Source of the DNA: Tolypothrix carrinoi HA7290-LM1
GTDB lineage: Bacteria; Cyanobacteriota; Cyanobacteriia; Cyanobacteriales; Nostocaceae
DNA length: 64,000 nucleotides
Reading direction: 5' to 3'
NCBI GenBank assembly: GCA_019358935.1
Contig: JAHHIK010000039.1
Location: forward strand, 1-64,000
The notes under the pieces were generated by a model. That model was not told the DNA's origin. It ran no database searches and was given only the letters and a program-made list of their open reading frames with translations. A program made the position numbers and the translations under genes. This document shows, in pieces, positions 39,328 to 51,139 of this stretch. Each line of letters opens with the position of its first letter. Positions within the stretch are counted from its first letter, which is position 1.

Positions 39328-41040
39328 TTACCTTTGACTTTTTGTTGTCACTGCGTCGGTTGTAAGATTCTCTGACTTAGCAGCAAACTGGGTTTTCACA
39401 CGATCTGCCAGCCGAATTGCCAAAGCGATAATAGTTAGCGTGGGATTAGCATAGCCTCCTGTTGGGAAAACAGAGCTACCCGCGATGAATAAATTCGAGA
39501 TGCCGTGAACTTGACAATTTGCATCGACAACGCCCTGTTTGGGATCAATATGCATCCGCGTTGTTCCCATATTATGGTGGGTACTAAAAGACATAGTATC
39601 GGGAAGCTCTCCATCGCGTTCAATGTGCAATTGACCTAATCCTGCACGAGCAATTTCTTCTGCCAAGATTGCTTGCGATCGCTTGATGCTGGAAATGTCT
39701 ATTTCGCTCCACCGGTAAGTTAACTGTGCTTGAGGACAACCAAGCTTATCAAGTTTAGTACTAAGCGTCACCCGATTATCAGGATTTGGGACTTGTTCGG
39801 TTTGGCTCAAGACTTCAAACTTTACATATTTGTGCTCATTACCTTCTTGATCGGACCATCCGCCATGACTCAAATCAGGAAATAAATATTGCCGTTTTAT
39901 ATGATACTTATACCAATCGACCACAAGATCATCAATATTCATCATCACATTACCCAAATGTTGAAAAACATTTTTGGGAACCTGTCCACCCCGAATTAAA
40001 GAGAGCAAAGTTTTCTTAGAAGCTTTTACAGAAGGCTTTGCGGGCGCTCTATACTTATCATCTCTGGGAAACAGTATAAAACTCATATTGAGTAATTGCT
40101 GATGGCGCATTACTTCCTCACTTAGGTGAAGTTTTCCCATAACTGGTACATTATTCACCCGGCGTAAGTCATATAAAGCTGTCGAATTGAAGATTTTTCG
40201 ACTAGAGGGATAAAGCATACCGCTGCGGATAAAGGGATGGTCCATAAAGAACCTGCCGACAACATCGTTTTGATTGGCTAATCCTGTCTTTTGAGTTTGG
40301 TTGGATAGCAATAATAAACGTGCGTTTTCTATGCCACCCGTGGCTAAGATAAATATTTTGGCGACTACGGAAAATTTATTACCTTGCAGACAAGCTAAAC
40401 GCACACTCTTTACATTCTTAGCTGTTTCGTCAGTCTCAATCTCTACGACGTTCGCATTCAGATAAGTGGTGATATTCGGAGATTGGTTGATTTCTTTCCG
40501 ATATTCGTTGGTGAAAATATCGCGAGGTCCAAACTGAAACATATCGGTAGTTACGCGATCGCCGATGAATGGTAGCTGAGGAGATTTCGCATCTTCCCAA
40601 GCTTCAGCCTCATAAGCAAAAGAACCGAGTTTGCAAACTGCGTGAGCGCGATCGTAGAAAGGATTCAGGTGAGATTTACTAAAAGCCCAGCCACTGTATG
40701 GTACGCCAGAGCGTTTTTCAAAGTCTATCTCGTCCAACGGCATATGCCTCAGACCAAGTTGCTGGTTATTAATTTTAATATTCCAGACGTTAGCGTGTCC
40801 ACCAAACTGACGATGACGCATATCTTGTAAGTTTGGAAAAGGATCGCCAACAGTTTCACCCTCACTTAGAGATTGCGTCTCTTGATTAAATTCTAAATCG
40901 CCACTTTCTAGTAAGCATACTCGAAAGTCTTGCCCAATCAATTCTCGCGCCAGCGTAATCCCCGCAGGTCCTGCACCAACAATACAAACTTCTGTTTGAA
41001 TAACTTCATCTGCTGGTAAGTTACGGCTATCAATCAACAT
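39328..41040 (-). CDS. GMC-family FAD oxidoreductase
   Basis: IVGAGPAG, LATGGIENARLLL, VGRFFMDH, HHNMGTTRM, NLFIAGSSVFPTGGYANPTLT. Confidence 0.93.
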   Translation of the reverse strand: MLIDSRNLPADEVIQTEVCIVGAGPAGITLARELIGQDFRVCLLESGDLEFNQETQSLSEGETVGDPFPNLQDMRHRQFGGHANVWNIKINNQQLGLRHMPLDEIDFEKRSGVPYSGWAFSKSHLNPFYDRAHAVCKLGSFAYEAEAWEDAKSPQLPFIGDRVTTDMFQFGPRDIFTNEYRKEINQSPNITTYLNANVVEIETDETAKNVKSVRLACLQGNKFSVVAKIFILATGGIENARLLLLSNQTQKTGLANQNDVVGRFFMDHPFIRSGMLYPSSRKIFNSTALYDLRRVNNVPVMGKLHLSEEVMRHQQLLNMSFILFPRDDKYRAPAKPSVKASKKTLLSLIRGGQVPKNVFQHLGNVMMNIDDLVVDWYKYHIKRQYLFPDLSHGGWSDQEGNEHKYVKFEVLSQTEQVPNPDNRVTLSTKLDKLGCPQAQLTYRWSEIDISSIKRSQAILAEEIARAGLGQLHIERDGELPDTMSFSTHHNMGTTRMHIDPKQGVVDANCQVHGISNLFIAGSSVFPTGGYANPTLTIIALAIRLADRVKTQFAAKSENLTTDAVTTKSQR

Positions 41041-41400
41041 CGATTTAATTTCCTTTGGTATTTTCTAGCGACAAGAAGCAATATCCCTAGGCATTGGGAT
41101 ACTTTTTGTCAGTTTTTTGGTATTTAATAATACAAACTATTTATGACTAGAAGTCATAGCTCTCAAGATGCATTTCTATTTAGAAATACTTTCAAAAATA
41201 TACATATCTCCAAAAAAAACTTAGATATTTAGGTGGATGCTCTACTGTATAAATGCTGATGTTTCTCAAGTTTATAAGTTAATTTCATCATCCTATATAT
41301 AGAAATAAAAAAAATAGCCTCACTATTGTGAAGATATCTCAAAGTTTCATCTCTCCCCAGTATGAATTTGTATCGAATGCGGATCGGTCAAGATGAGACA

Positions 41401-41432
41401 AAAAAATCCCCCACCATATGGTGGGGGATTTT
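41401..41432 (-). terminator. Intrinsic terminator downstream of psaB
   Basis: AAAATCCCCCACCATATGGTGGGGGATTTT hairpin with a U-tract on the minus strand. Confidence 0.8.
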
Positions 41433-41465
41433 AATTATCTACCTACAACATTAAGGAAAGCTGAA

Positions 41466-43691
41466 TTAACCAAACTTACCAGCAGTAGAGGCAATGAGGA
41501 AGGCTGCATAAGTTAAGACGTAGCCAACAGTGAAGTGAGCTAGACCAACTAAACGACCTTGAACGATGGACATAGCAACGGGCTTGTCTTTCCAGCGAAC
41601 TAGGTTCGCTAAAGGAGTGCGCTCGTGTGCCCAAACCAAAGTTTCAATCAACTCTTGCCAGTAACCTCTCCAAGAGATGAGGAACATGAAACCGGTAGCC
41701 CAAACTAAGTGTCCGAAGAGGAACATCCAAGCCCAGACAGACAGGTTATTCATGCCGTAGGGGTTGTATCCGTTAATCAACTGAGCGGAGTTAGCCCACA
41801 GATAATCACGGAACCAGCCCATCAGGTACGTAGAAGATTCATTAAACTGAGCGACGTTGCCTTGCCAGATACCTAGATGTTTCCAGTGCCAGTAGAACGT
41901 CACCCAACCAACGGTGTTCAATGACCAGAACAGAGCGAGGTAGAACGAATCCCAACCAGAGATATCGCAAGTACCGCCACGACCTGGACCGTCGCAAGGG
42001 AAGGCATAGCCGAAGTCCTTTTTATCGGGCATCAGCTTAGAACCACGGGCATCCAAAGCACCTTTGACCAAAATCAAAACAGTGGTGTGGATAGCCAGTG
42101 CGAAGGCGTGGTGTACTAAGAAGTCACCAGGACCGATGGTTAAGAACAGGGAGTTGGTGGTATTGTTAACTGCATCCAGCCATCCTGGTAACCAGACGTT
42201 ACCGTAGTTGGGCCAAGCTGTGAAGGCAACGCTATCCGGGTTAGATAGCAAGGTGTTTAAGCCGTAAAGCACTTTCCCGTGAGAAGCCTGGATGAACTGG
42301 GCAAACACCGGTTCAATCAAGATTTGTTTCTCAGGAGTTCCAAAAGCTACTACTACGTCGTTGTGTACGTACAAGCTTAAGGTGTGGAAGCCTAGGAAGA
42401 GAGACACCCAGCTGAGGTGAGAGATAATCGCTTCTTTGTGCTTCAGCACGCGGTCAAGTACGTTGCCCTTGTTTTGTTCGGGGTCGTAGTCACGTACCCA
42501 GAAGATGGCGGCATGGGCAAAAGCGCCAGTCATCAAGAATACAGCAATATACTGGTGGTGCGTGTACAGCGCTGCCTGTGTTGTGTAGTCCTTACCGATA
42601 AAAGCGTAAGGAGGCATAGCGTACATGTGCTGCGCTACCAAGGAGGTGATGGTTCCTAATGCAGCCAGGTGTATAGACAACTGGAAGTGCAAAGAGTTGT
42701 TATAAGTGTCGTACAGTCCTTGGTGAGGCAGGTTGAACTGACCTTCAGTTTCGACACCAAAGAAGTTCTTGGCGTTCAGCATTTCTTTGATGCTGTGACC
42801 AATACCGAAGTTAGTGCGGTACTGGTGACCGGCGATGATGAAGATGACAGCGATCGCCAAGTGGTGGTGAGCCATATCGGTCAACCACAGCGATTCTGTT
42901 TGAGGATGGAAACCACCCAAGAAAGTCAGAATCGCAGTTCCTGCACCTTGAGATGTACCAAACACATGCTGTGCCGTGTCAGGGTCAGCAGCATAAGCAC
43001 CCCAGTTACCTGTAAAGAAAGGTGTTAAACCTTGTGGGTGCGGCAGGGTGGATAGGAAGTTATCCCAACCGACGTGCTGTCCGCGAGATTCGGGGATAGC
43101 AACGTGAACCAAGTGACCTGTCCAAGCCAAGGAACTAACACCAAACAAACCAGCTAAGTGGTGGTTTAGGCGAGGTTCAGCACTCTTAAACCAAGAGAGG
43201 CTGGGACGGAACTTGGGCTGCAAGTGCAACCAACCTGCAAACAGAAATACTGCTGCTAATAGCAGGAGGAACACTGCGCCCATATATAGGTCATTGTTCG
43301 TCCGCATCCCAATGGTGTACCACCAGTGGTAAACACCAGAGTAAGCTATGTTTACTGGATTGCTAGCTCCACCTTGGGTGAAAGCTTCGATTGCTGGTTT
43401 ACCGAAGTGAGGGTCCCAAATCGCATGAGCGATCGGGCGGATATGAATGGGATCTTTGATCCACTGTTGGAAGTTACCTTGCCAGGCTACGTGAAATAAA
43501 AGGCTCGAAGCCCATAGGAAAATGATTGCCACATGACCGAAGTGTGTAGCGAAAATCCTTTGGTAAAGATTTTCTTCTGTCATGCCATCGTGGCTTTCAA
43601 AATCATTTCCCATAGCCATCGCATACCAGATCCGACGTGTAGTCGGGTCTTGTGCGAGATCCTGGCTAAATTTTGGAAATTTTGTTGCCAT
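41466..43691 (-). CDS. psaB: Photosystem I core protein PsaB
   Basis: [34 protein letters not shown]. Confidence 0.99.
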   Translation of the reverse strand: MATKFPKFSQDLAQDPTTRRIWYAMAMGNDFESHDGMTEENLYQRIFATHFGHVAIIFLWASSLLFHVAWQGNFQQWIKDPIHIRPIAHAIWDPHFGKPAIEAFTQGGASNPVNIAYSGVYHWWYTIGMRTNNDLYMGAVFLLLLAAVFLFAGWLHLQPKFRPSLSWFKSAEPRLNHHLAGLFGVSSLAWTGHLVHVAIPESRGQHVGWDNFLSTLPHPQGLTPFFTGNWGAYAADPDTAQHVFGTSQGAGTAILTFLGGFHPQTESLWLTDMAHHHLAIAVIFIIAGHQYRTNFGIGHSIKEMLNAKNFFGVETEGQFNLPHQGLYDTYNNSLHFQLSIHLAALGTITSLVAQHMYAMPPYAFIGKDYTTQAALYTHHQYIAVFLMTGAFAHAAIFWVRDYDPEQNKGNVLDRVLKHKEAIISHLSWVSLFLGFHTLSLYVHNDVVVAFGTPEKQILIEPVFAQFIQASHGKVLYGLNTLLSNPDSVAFTAWPNYGNVWLPGWLDAVNNTTNSLFLTIGPGDFLVHHAFALAIHTTVLILVKGALDARGSKLMPDKKDFGYAFPCDGPGRGGTCDISGWDSFYLALFWSLNTVGWVTFYWHWKHLGIWQGNVAQFNESSTYLMGWFRDYLWANSAQLINGYNPYGMNNLSVWAWMFLFGHLVWATGFMFLISWRGYWQELIETLVWAHERTPLANLVRWKDKPVAMSIVQGRLVGLAHFTVGYVLTYAAFLIASTAGKFG

Positions 43692-43756
43692 AGGTGTGAT
43701 AAATCCTCTGACCTTTAGCCATCAGCTATCGGCGAAATTTTAGATTTTAGATTTTG

Positions 43757-43807
43757 CGAAAAGTTGCGTGCGGGGGTTCCCCCCCGTTGAGCAAACTTTT
43801 CAAGACG
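43757..43807 (+). mobile_element. 51-nt structured repeat element in the psaA-psaB spacer
   Basis: CGAAAAGTTGCGTGCGGGGGTTCCCCCCCGTTGAGCAAACTTTTCAAGACG interrupts an ATTTTGG heptamer. Confidence 0.7.
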
Positions 43808-43854
43808 GATTTTGGATTGAATCTAAAATCCAAAATCCAAAATTCTGCCAATTT

Positions 43855-46113
43855 CTAGCCTAGTGTAAGTATGTGTGCGTGGAAGAATGCCCAGGTGGTA
43901 ACAATTCCTCCTAAGAGATAGTGAGCCACCCCAACAGCACGACCTTGAATGATGCTCAAAGCGCGAGGCTGAATTGATGGTGCTACCTTCAATTTATTAT
44001 GCGCCCAAACGATGGACTCAATCAGTTCTTGCCAGTAGCCGCGACCGCTGAACAAGAACATCAAGCTGAATGCCCAAACAAAGTGACCGCCTAAGAAAAG
44101 TAGACCATAAGCTGACAGCGCACTGCCGTAAGAGTTGATCACTTGTACAGCTTGTGCCCACAAGAAATCACGCAACCAGCCATTGATTGTGATGGCACTT
44201 TCGGCGAAGTTACCACCAGTGAGGTGAGACACAACTCCATCGCTGTCTACCGTACCCCAGACATCTGATTGCATTTTCCAACTAAAGTGGAAAATTGCAA
44301 TCGAAATGGTGTTGTACATCCAGAATAAACCGAGGAATACGTGATCCCAACCGGATACCTGACAGGTACCACCACGACCAGGACCATCGCAAGGAAAGCG
44401 GAAGCCGAGGTTTGCTTTGTCTGGAATCAGACGAGAACCGCGAGCAAACAAAAATCCTTTTAACAGAATCAGGACTGTGACATGAATTTGGAATGCGTGA
44501 ATGTGGTGGATCATGAAGTCCGCCGTACCCAACGCGATCGGCATCATTGCCACTTTACCGCCTACTGCCAAAATTCCGCCACCGAAAGCATAGCTAACAG
44601 GTTCTAGAGCATTGGGAGCGGTACCGCCAGGTGCTAATGTGTGTATGTTTTGTACCCACTGAGCAAATACTGGCTGCAATTGAATTGCTGTGTCTGAGAA
44701 CATGTCTTGGGGACGACCCAAGGCACGCATCGTGTCATTGTGAATGTACAATCCAAAGCTGTGGAAGCCGAGGAACATACAAACCCAGTTGAGGTGAGAG
44801 ATGATTGCATCTCGGTGACGAAGCACCCGATCCAAAACGTTGTTTCGGTTCACTACAGGATCGTAATCCCGCACCATAAATATAGTAGCGTGAGCCGCAC
44901 CGCCTATGATACAGAAGGCTCCAATCCACATGTGGTGGGTAAAGATACACAACTGTGTAGCGTAGTCGGTTGCCAAGTACGGATACGGAGGCATCGCGTA
45001 CATGTGGTGTGCCACGATGATTGTTAGGGAACCCAGCATTGCCAGGTTAGTTCCTAACTGAGCGTGCCACGATGTGGTCATGTTTTCGTAGAGACCTCTG
45101 TGACCATCGCCTGTGAAGGGACCTTTGTGGTTTTCGAGGATCTCTCTCATGCTGTGACCGATACCCCAGTTGGTGCGGTATTGGTGACCGGCAATCAAGA
45201 ATACGACGGCGATCGCTAAATGGTGATGAGCAATATCAGTCATCCACAAGCCGCCAGTTACCGGGTTCAGACCGCCTTTGAAGGTGAGGAAGTCAGCATA
45301 CTGACCCCAGTTCAACGTCCAGAACGGTGTCAAACCATTGGCAAAGCTGGGGAACAACTCGATTAATAAGTCTTTGTTCAGGATGAACTCGTGGGGCAAA
45401 GGCACGTCTTTAATCGAGACGCCTGCATCCAAAAGCTTATTAATCGGTGCTGATACGTGAATGATGTGACCTGCCCATCCCAAGGAACCGCAACCTAGCA
45501 ATACTGCTAAGTGGTGATTCAGCATCGACTCGACATTCTGGAACCATTCCAGTTTGGGAGCGCGCTTGTGGTAGTGGAACCAGCCAGCAAACAGCATTAA
45601 CGCTGCCATCACTAAGCCGCCAATGGCAGTGCAGTATAGCTGGAAGGAGTTTGTAATACCCCAGCCACGCCAGATTTGAAACAAGCCTGAGGTGATTTGG
45701 ATACCGTGGAAGCCACCACCGACATCACCATTCAAAATATCTTGTCCCACAATGGGCCAAACGACCTGAGCACTTGGCTTAATGTTCAAGGGGTCGCCTA
45801 ACCAGGCTTCGTAGTTGGAAAACTTCGCGCCGTGGAATATCATCCCGCTCAACCAGATGAACACTACGGATAAGTGCCCGAAGTGCGCTGCAAATATTTT
45901 GCGGGATATGTCTTCTAAATCGCTGGTATGTGTATCAAAGTCGTGGGCGAGCGCGTGTAGGTTCCAAATCCAGGTGGTGGTTTTTGGACCTCTAGCAAGG
46001 TTTCTGTCGAAATGACCTGGGGTCGCCCACCTTTCAAATGAGGTGGGAACTGGGTCTTTATCGACTATTATTCTTGCCTTTTTCTCCTCTCGCTCTGGAG
46101 GACTTATCGTCAT
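43855..46113 (-). CDS. psaA: Photosystem I core protein PsaA
   Basis: [28 protein letters not shown]. Confidence 0.99.
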   Translation of the reverse strand: MTISPPEREEKKARIIVDKDPVPTSFERWATPGHFDRNLARGPKTTTWIWNLHALAHDFDTHTSDLEDISRKIFAAHFGHLSVVFIWLSGMIFHGAKFSNYEAWLGDPLNIKPSAQVVWPIVGQDILNGDVGGGFHGIQITSGLFQIWRGWGITNSFQLYCTAIGGLVMAALMLFAGWFHYHKRAPKLEWFQNVESMLNHHLAVLLGCGSLGWAGHIIHVSAPINKLLDAGVSIKDVPLPHEFILNKDLLIELFPSFANGLTPFWTLNWGQYADFLTFKGGLNPVTGGLWMTDIAHHHLAIAVVFLIAGHQYRTNWGIGHSMREILENHKGPFTGDGHRGLYENMTTSWHAQLGTNLAMLGSLTIIVAHHMYAMPPYPYLATDYATQLCIFTHHMWIGAFCIIGGAAHATIFMVRDYDPVVNRNNVLDRVLRHRDAIISHLNWVCMFLGFHSFGLYIHNDTMRALGRPQDMFSDTAIQLQPVFAQWVQNIHTLAPGGTAPNALEPVSYAFGGGILAVGGKVAMMPIALGTADFMIHHIHAFQIHVTVLILLKGFLFARGSRLIPDKANLGFRFPCDGPGRGGTCQVSGWDHVFLGLFWMYNTISIAIFHFSWKMQSDVWGTVDSDGVVSHLTGGNFAESAITINGWLRDFLWAQAVQVINSYGSALSAYGLLFLGGHFVWAFSLMFLFSGRGYWQELIESIVWAHNKLKVAPSIQPRALSIIQGRAVGVAHYLLGGIVTTWAFFHAHILTLG

Positions 46114-46282
46114 TCAGACCCTCCTCTCTTAACAAGGATGTGAGGAATCATTTAAACCACTTGTTGTCTTTTTGGCTAAGTTGTGCTTAGTCCGATGCTC
46201 CAGAAGTATCTGAGAGCAGCGGTGAAGACCTCACGTGGAGATTGCTTTCTGTTGAATTATAAAGTCTTATCTCCCCCTTTGT

Positions 46283-46410
46283 TGAACACAAGTTAACAAT
46301 AATTAAAAATCCCTGGAGTAATTGTGGAATCTGCTTTTTCCTGGAAAACAACTTGTCCAAAAGTCAATAGCTTCTTCATATAATTTACAAACGATAACAA
46401 TTTGTAAAAT
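46283..46410 (-). promoter_or_regulatory. psaA promoter region with HLR1 (RpaB)-like direct repeats
   Basis: TTTACAAA-N2-ATAACAAT (46386-46403) and 10-nt-spaced TTAACAAT-like repeats near 46283-46310. Confidence 0.45.
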
Positions 46411-46697
46411 TTCTCCACTAACCAGACGTAGTAAGCATTTTCGCTCTGTTCGGCTTTTATTTGTATATGTTGGTCTTTTAGATAACCGCTATTACCATAT
46501 TCTGTGAAAATTGCTATTAATAAATATTTGTGATAAATATGGCTAATTCTGAGAAATAACTGATAAAGACCCCAGTAAAATTAGATTTTTTTGCCAAAAA
46601 CATCAGATTTGCAGAAAATTTCACCTTTTGGGCTATGGTTCCTCAGGCATGGTTTGCGCCAAAATCAGTTGTTGAAGACTAAAACTAGGTGGAAAGC

Positions 46698-48437
46698 ATG
46701 AAGTGGTGGACAACAGCAATAGCGAAAATTCAACCTAGAATCGCTATCCTCAGGCGACTAATCATATTATTACTGGTGTTGAGTATTACTAGTTGTGGCG
46801 AGAAAGCCAAGAGCCAAGAAGTGTCTGTTGGATACAAAGAAAATCAGCAACCGATTTCTCGGCAATTCTCTGAAGTTTCCCCACCAGCGGCAATTCAAGA
46901 ACTGCGATCGCCTTTAGATATTTATCAACCGCAAGTAACAATACTTACTCCCCAAGCTGATGAAGTTCTGCAAGACGACAAAGTTACAGTCCGCTTGCAA
47001 GTTAAGGATTTACCAATATTTAAAGACCCAAAATTTGATCTAGGACCGCACTTACACGTAATTCTTGATAATCAACCATACATACCTGTTTACGACCTGA
47101 ATCAACCGCTGGTTTTACCAGACTTATCCCCAGGTACGCATACTCTGCGCGTCTTTGCTTCTCGTCCTTGGGATGAAAGCTTTAAAAATGAAGGTGCTTA
47201 CGCTCAGACAACATTTCACATTTTCACGAAAAGCGACGATAATAATCCAGATGCGGCACTACCCCTGATAACCTACAACCGTCCTCAAGGCATCTACGGG
47301 GCAGAACCAATTCTACTAGACTTTTATTTAACTAATGCGCCTTTGCACCTCGTCGCTTCATACAATCCCAACAATCAAATTGCTGATTGGCGCATTCGTT
47401 GCACAATTAATGGTGAAAGCTTTGTTCTCGATCGCTGGCAGGCTATTTATCTCAAAGGCTTTAAACCCGGTAAAAACTGGGTAAAGCTGGAATTTCTCGA
47501 TGATAAGGGAAATGTTGTGAAAAATGTCTTCAACAGCACAATCAGGCTGATTACCTACGAACCGAAGGGTAAAGACACTCTTTCTAAAATCGTTAGAGGC
47601 GAACTTTCAGCAGAGCAAGTTCGCTCAATTGTAGACCCCAATTATACTGCTAAACCGACAACGGCTGAACCAATACCCGCACCAACAGTTGAAACAACAC
47701 CGGATAAGGTAGAGGAACCTGTTACTAAATCTGAATCTCCGGAATCAAGCCAACCAAAACAAGTTGAACCTCAACCAAAGCAAACAGAAACCCCTGAACC
47801 AACGATACCCGAACAATCTCCGCAAACTGATAAACCGAAATTTGGCGGCTTTTTCAATCGTCGCGGATCTAAGCTTCCCACTCCCCAACCACCTGTGACA
47901 CCATCTCCAAGTGTACCGCCGACACTACCTGAGATTATCGAGTCTCCGAAACCAGAACCGAAATTAGAACAAACAGAAACACCGGAATTAATTGAACCTC
48001 AACCAGAGGAAACGCCAAAATCAACGATACCTGAACAATCCACGCAAACTGATAAACCAAGATTTGGCGGATTTTTCAATCGTCGTAAGTTTTCCAATGC
48101 TTCTTCTGAACCTCAATTAAAGGAAACACAAACCCCGGAATCAACGATACCCGAACAATCCGCGCAACCTGCAAAATGGAGGTTTGGCGGATTTTTCAAT
48201 CGTCGGCAGCTTCCCAATGCTTCGCCATCTGAGAGTGTGTCTCCGACACTACCAGAGATTATCGATCCAGAAGCGCAATTAGAGGAAACGCCAACGCCAG
48301 AATCAACGACTTTACCGGAAAAAATCGCTCCCAATCCGGAAGAACCGGAATTAAAGCGATATTTCAACCCGCGTCAGTTTCCGGATGCTTCTCCTTCTCC
48401 AAATTTGCCGCTAAATCAGCCGGAAGATCGGGGGTAA
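46698..48437 (+). CDS. Putative lipoprotein: conserved cyanobacterial N-terminal domain plus Pro/Glu-rich repeat tail
   Basis: Lipobox-like LSITSC; GPHLHVILDN, PGTHTLRVFASRPW.ESFKN; three FGGFFNRR repeats. Confidence 0.8.
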   Translation: MKWWTTAIAKIQPRIAILRRLIILLLVLSITSCGEKAKSQEVSVGYKENQQPISRQFSEVSPPAAIQELRSPLDIYQPQVTILTPQADEVLQDDKVTVRLQVKDLPIFKDPKFDLGPHLHVILDNQPYIPVYDLNQPLVLPDLSPGTHTLRVFASRPWDESFKNEGAYAQTTFHIFTKSDDNNPDAALPLITYNRPQGIYGAEPILLDFYLTNAPLHLVASYNPNNQIADWRIRCTINGESFVLDRWQAIYLKGFKPGKNWVKLEFLDDKGNVVKNVFNSTIRLITYEPKGKDTLSKIVRGELSAEQVRSIVDPNYTAKPTTAEPIPAPTVETTPDKVEEPVTKSESPESSQPKQVEPQPKQTETPEPTIPEQSPQTDKPKFGGFFNRRGSKLPTPQPPVTPSPSVPPTLPEIIESPKPEPKLEQTETPELIEPQPEETPKSTIPEQSTQTDKPRFGGFFNRRKFSNASSEPQLKETQTPESTIPEQSAQPAKWRFGGFFNRRQLPNASPSESVSPTLPEIIDPEAQLEETPTPESTTLPEKIAPNPEEPELKRYFNPRQFPDASPSPNLPLNQPEDRG

Positions 48438-48483
48438 AAATTTTATTAGCTTTGTAGTAAGCGCTTAAGCGCTGAAGCGCTTA

Positions 48484-49392
48484 CTACAGTAAACTTAAGT
48501 GTAAATTTTCAGATAATGCTTCAATAAAGGCAAGTCCGGCTACAGAATTACCGACGCTATCTAAGGCGGGACTGTATGTGGCGATCGCTCCCTGTTTTGG
48601 TACTATCGTTAAAAGCGCACCGCTAATTCCTGATTTCATCGGTAATCCTATCCGGATGCTATATTTGCTAGATGCTTCATACAATCCACAAGTTAACATC
48701 AAGGCATTGACACAGCGCCGATTTTGTGGTAGAGTAATTTCGCTAAAAGATAAAATTTTTCCTAAACAAGCTAAGTTTTCAACTGTGCCAGAAAGACAGC
48801 AAATTTGCTCGTAAGTGTCTATAGCTGTTTGAACATCATCTATATATCCAGCTTCGCCAAGATATTGAGCGATCGCTTGATTGGTTTGAGAATTAACCGA
48901 ACGTACTGAAGCTAACATCTCTTCATCCAGCTTGAAGTTAGATTCGGCTAATTGATTCAGCCATTGACATAAATTTTGCGTGCGATCGCTTGGATTTTTT
49001 CCTGGTAATTTATCAGCAAGAGTAATTGCACCACTGTTAATCATCGGGTTGCGTGGGAAGGAGCGATCGCTAACCAGTTGCGTGAGAGAATTGAAGGGAG
49101 CATCCGATGGCTGAACCCCAACCCACTGAAAAACCGTTTCCAATCCCAGATGTTCTAGCAAATATAACAGCGAAAACGGCTTAATCGCGCTCATCAGCGG
49201 AAAAACACAGTTTGTATCTCCTGTACTGTAAGCTTGTCCTGATTTACAACAAATGTGAACTGCAAAGCAATGAGGATCGACAACAGCCAATTTAGGAATG
49301 CGGTTAGCAACTCGTCCTTGATCGGCTTGGGTTTTAGCTTGTTGTACCCAAGCGGCTAACTCAATGGTAGTTAGTGTTTCCAGTGTTTTCAA
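48484..49392 (-). CDS. glsA: Glutaminase
   Basis: IPKLA, F.LMSAIKPF, VG.QPS..PFNS, PRNPMINSGAI, TCGLY, GLP.KSG.SG. Confidence 0.92.
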   Translation of the reverse strand: MKTLETLTTIELAAWVQQAKTQADQGRVANRIPKLAVVDPHCFAVHICCKSGQAYSTGDTNCVFPLMSAIKPFSLLYLLEHLGLETVFQWVGVQPSDAPFNSLTQLVSDRSFPRNPMINSGAITLADKLPGKNPSDRTQNLCQWLNQLAESNFKLDEEMLASVRSVNSQTNQAIAQYLGEAGYIDDVQTAIDTYEQICCLSGTVENLACLGKILSFSEITLPQNRRCVNALMLTCGLYEASSKYSIRIGLPMKSGISGALLTIVPKQGAIATYSPALDSVGNSVAGLAFIEALSENLHLSLL

Positions 49393-49527
49393 GAATTATA
49401 TCAGATGGGGAGTGGGGAATGGGGCATGGGGCATGGAAAGAATCTTATTAGAACGCGCATCAAAAATTGAGCATCTTTAATTCCCAATGCCCAATGCCCA
49501 ATGCCCAATTACCAATAGATATATTTT

Positions 49528-51039
49528 ATGAACGTCCGTGTAAGAGCGCCAGAATTTCCGCAAAATTTCCCTTGGCTGAATACTGACAAACCGTTATCTA
49601 TTAAACAGCTTAAAGGCAGAGTTGTAATTTTAGACTTTTGGACATATTGTTGCATCAATTGTCTGCATATCTTACCAGACTTGAAATATCTCGAACAGAA
49701 ATATCAAGATAGTCTTACCATTATCGGCGTACATTCAGCTAAGTTTGACAACGAAAAAGAAACCGAAAACATTCGTCAAGCCATTTTACGTTACGACATC
49801 GAACATCCAGTTATAGTTGACAGTGGTTTTCGGATTTGGTCAGAATATACAGTGCGTGCTTGGCCCACCTTGATTGTAATCGATCCAGAAGGTTACGCGA
49901 TCGCCTCTATATCTGGTGAAGGTAAGCGCGATATTTTAGACGAGTTGATTGCAAAACTGATTTCCCAACACCGCGACAAAAAAACTATTAATTTTCAAGA
50001 ACTTAGCTTGACTTTAGAAAAACAGCGCCAACCGTTAATTACACCATTGGCTTTTCCCGGTAAAGTCTTAGCGACAAACGCGGGTTTGTTTATCGCTGAT
50101 TCTTTCCATCATCGAATTGTCATCAGTAACGAAGATGGAGAAATCCTGCATTTAATCGGTACAGGAAAACCTGGTTTAAGTGATGGTTCATTTCACCAAG
50201 CGCAATTTTTTGCACCTCAAGGAATGGCATTTGATGCCGAAAATCAACTTCTTTACGTTGCCGATACAGAAAATCATAGCTTGCGGCGCGTTGATTTGCT
50301 GACGTTAGTAGTAGAAACCATAGCCGGAACAGGTAAACAAAGCCAGAATATTCGTCCTCACGGTGGTGTTGCAAAACAAACAGCCTTGAATTCACCTTGG
50401 GACTTGGTGAAAGTCGGAAATATCATATATATAGCGATCGCAGGTTCCCACCAAATTTGGGAAATGAATCTGCAAACCGACATTATTAAGACTTATGCTG
50501 GCATTGGTGCAGAAGCTTGTATAGATGGTACACTCAGCGAATCAGCATTTGCTCAACCCAGCGGCATCACCACCGACGGGCAAGAATTATATATCGCCGA
50601 CAGCGAAGTTAGCACAATTCGCGGCGTAGGATTAATAGAACCGCAACAAGTGCGAACAATTTGCGGAAGTGGAGATTTATTCGGTTTTGGCGATGTTGAT
50701 GGACAAAGTTTTGATGTTCGGTTGCAGCATTGCTTAGGGATAGAATATGCCGATAATTATCTCTGGGTAGCCGACACTTACAACCACAAAATTAAATTAG
50801 TTAGCCCCAGCACCGGAAATTGTCAAACTATATTGGGTAATACCGCTGGATTCCAAAATGGACAAGGTAAACACAGCCGCTTTTTTGAACCTTCAGGTTT
50901 GAGCGTTCTCGGTTCTCGCTTATATGTAGCTGATACAAATAATCATGCCATTCGCTGCGTCGATTTAAACACCCTTGAAGTAACAACAATCCAATTTCTC
51001 GGATTATGTGCCCCAAATATGTGTATTCCCTCTCATTAA
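49528..51039 (+). CDS. Thioredoxin-like domain plus NHL-repeat protein
   Basis: LDFWTYCCINC, GVHSAKF, YVADTENH, FAQPSG NHL repeats. Confidence 0.92.
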   Translation: MNVRVRAPEFPQNFPWLNTDKPLSIKQLKGRVVILDFWTYCCINCLHILPDLKYLEQKYQDSLTIIGVHSAKFDNEKETENIRQAILRYDIEHPVIVDSGFRIWSEYTVRAWPTLIVIDPEGYAIASISGEGKRDILDELIAKLISQHRDKKTINFQELSLTLEKQRQPLITPLAFPGKVLATNAGLFIADSFHHRIVISNEDGEILHLIGTGKPGLSDGSFHQAQFFAPQGMAFDAENQLLYVADTENHSLRRVDLLTLVVETIAGTGKQSQNIRPHGGVAKQTALNSPWDLVKVGNIIYIAIAGSHQIWEMNLQTDIIKTYAGIGAEACIDGTLSESAFAQPSGITTDGQELYIADSEVSTIRGVGLIEPQQVRTICGSGDLFGFGDVDGQSFDVRLQHCLGIEYADNYLWVADTYNHKIKLVSPSTGNCQTILGNTAGFQNGQGKHSRFFEPSGLSVLGSRLYVADTNNHAIRCVDLNTLEVTTIQFLGLCAPNMCIPSH

Positions 51040-51139
51040 AACTCTCTCAAACTCTTTCCTCTGTGTACTCTGCGCCTCTGCGGTTCGTTTTAATATACGA
51101 TCATCTCACGCTAAGGCGCAAAGACGCAAAGAAAGAATT

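Noticed and set aside
41466..46113. Far-red (FaRLiP) psaAB paralogs
   Set aside because: Sequences look like the standard Nostocales type ([12 protein letters not shown]), and no rfp, apc or chlF genes are nearby.
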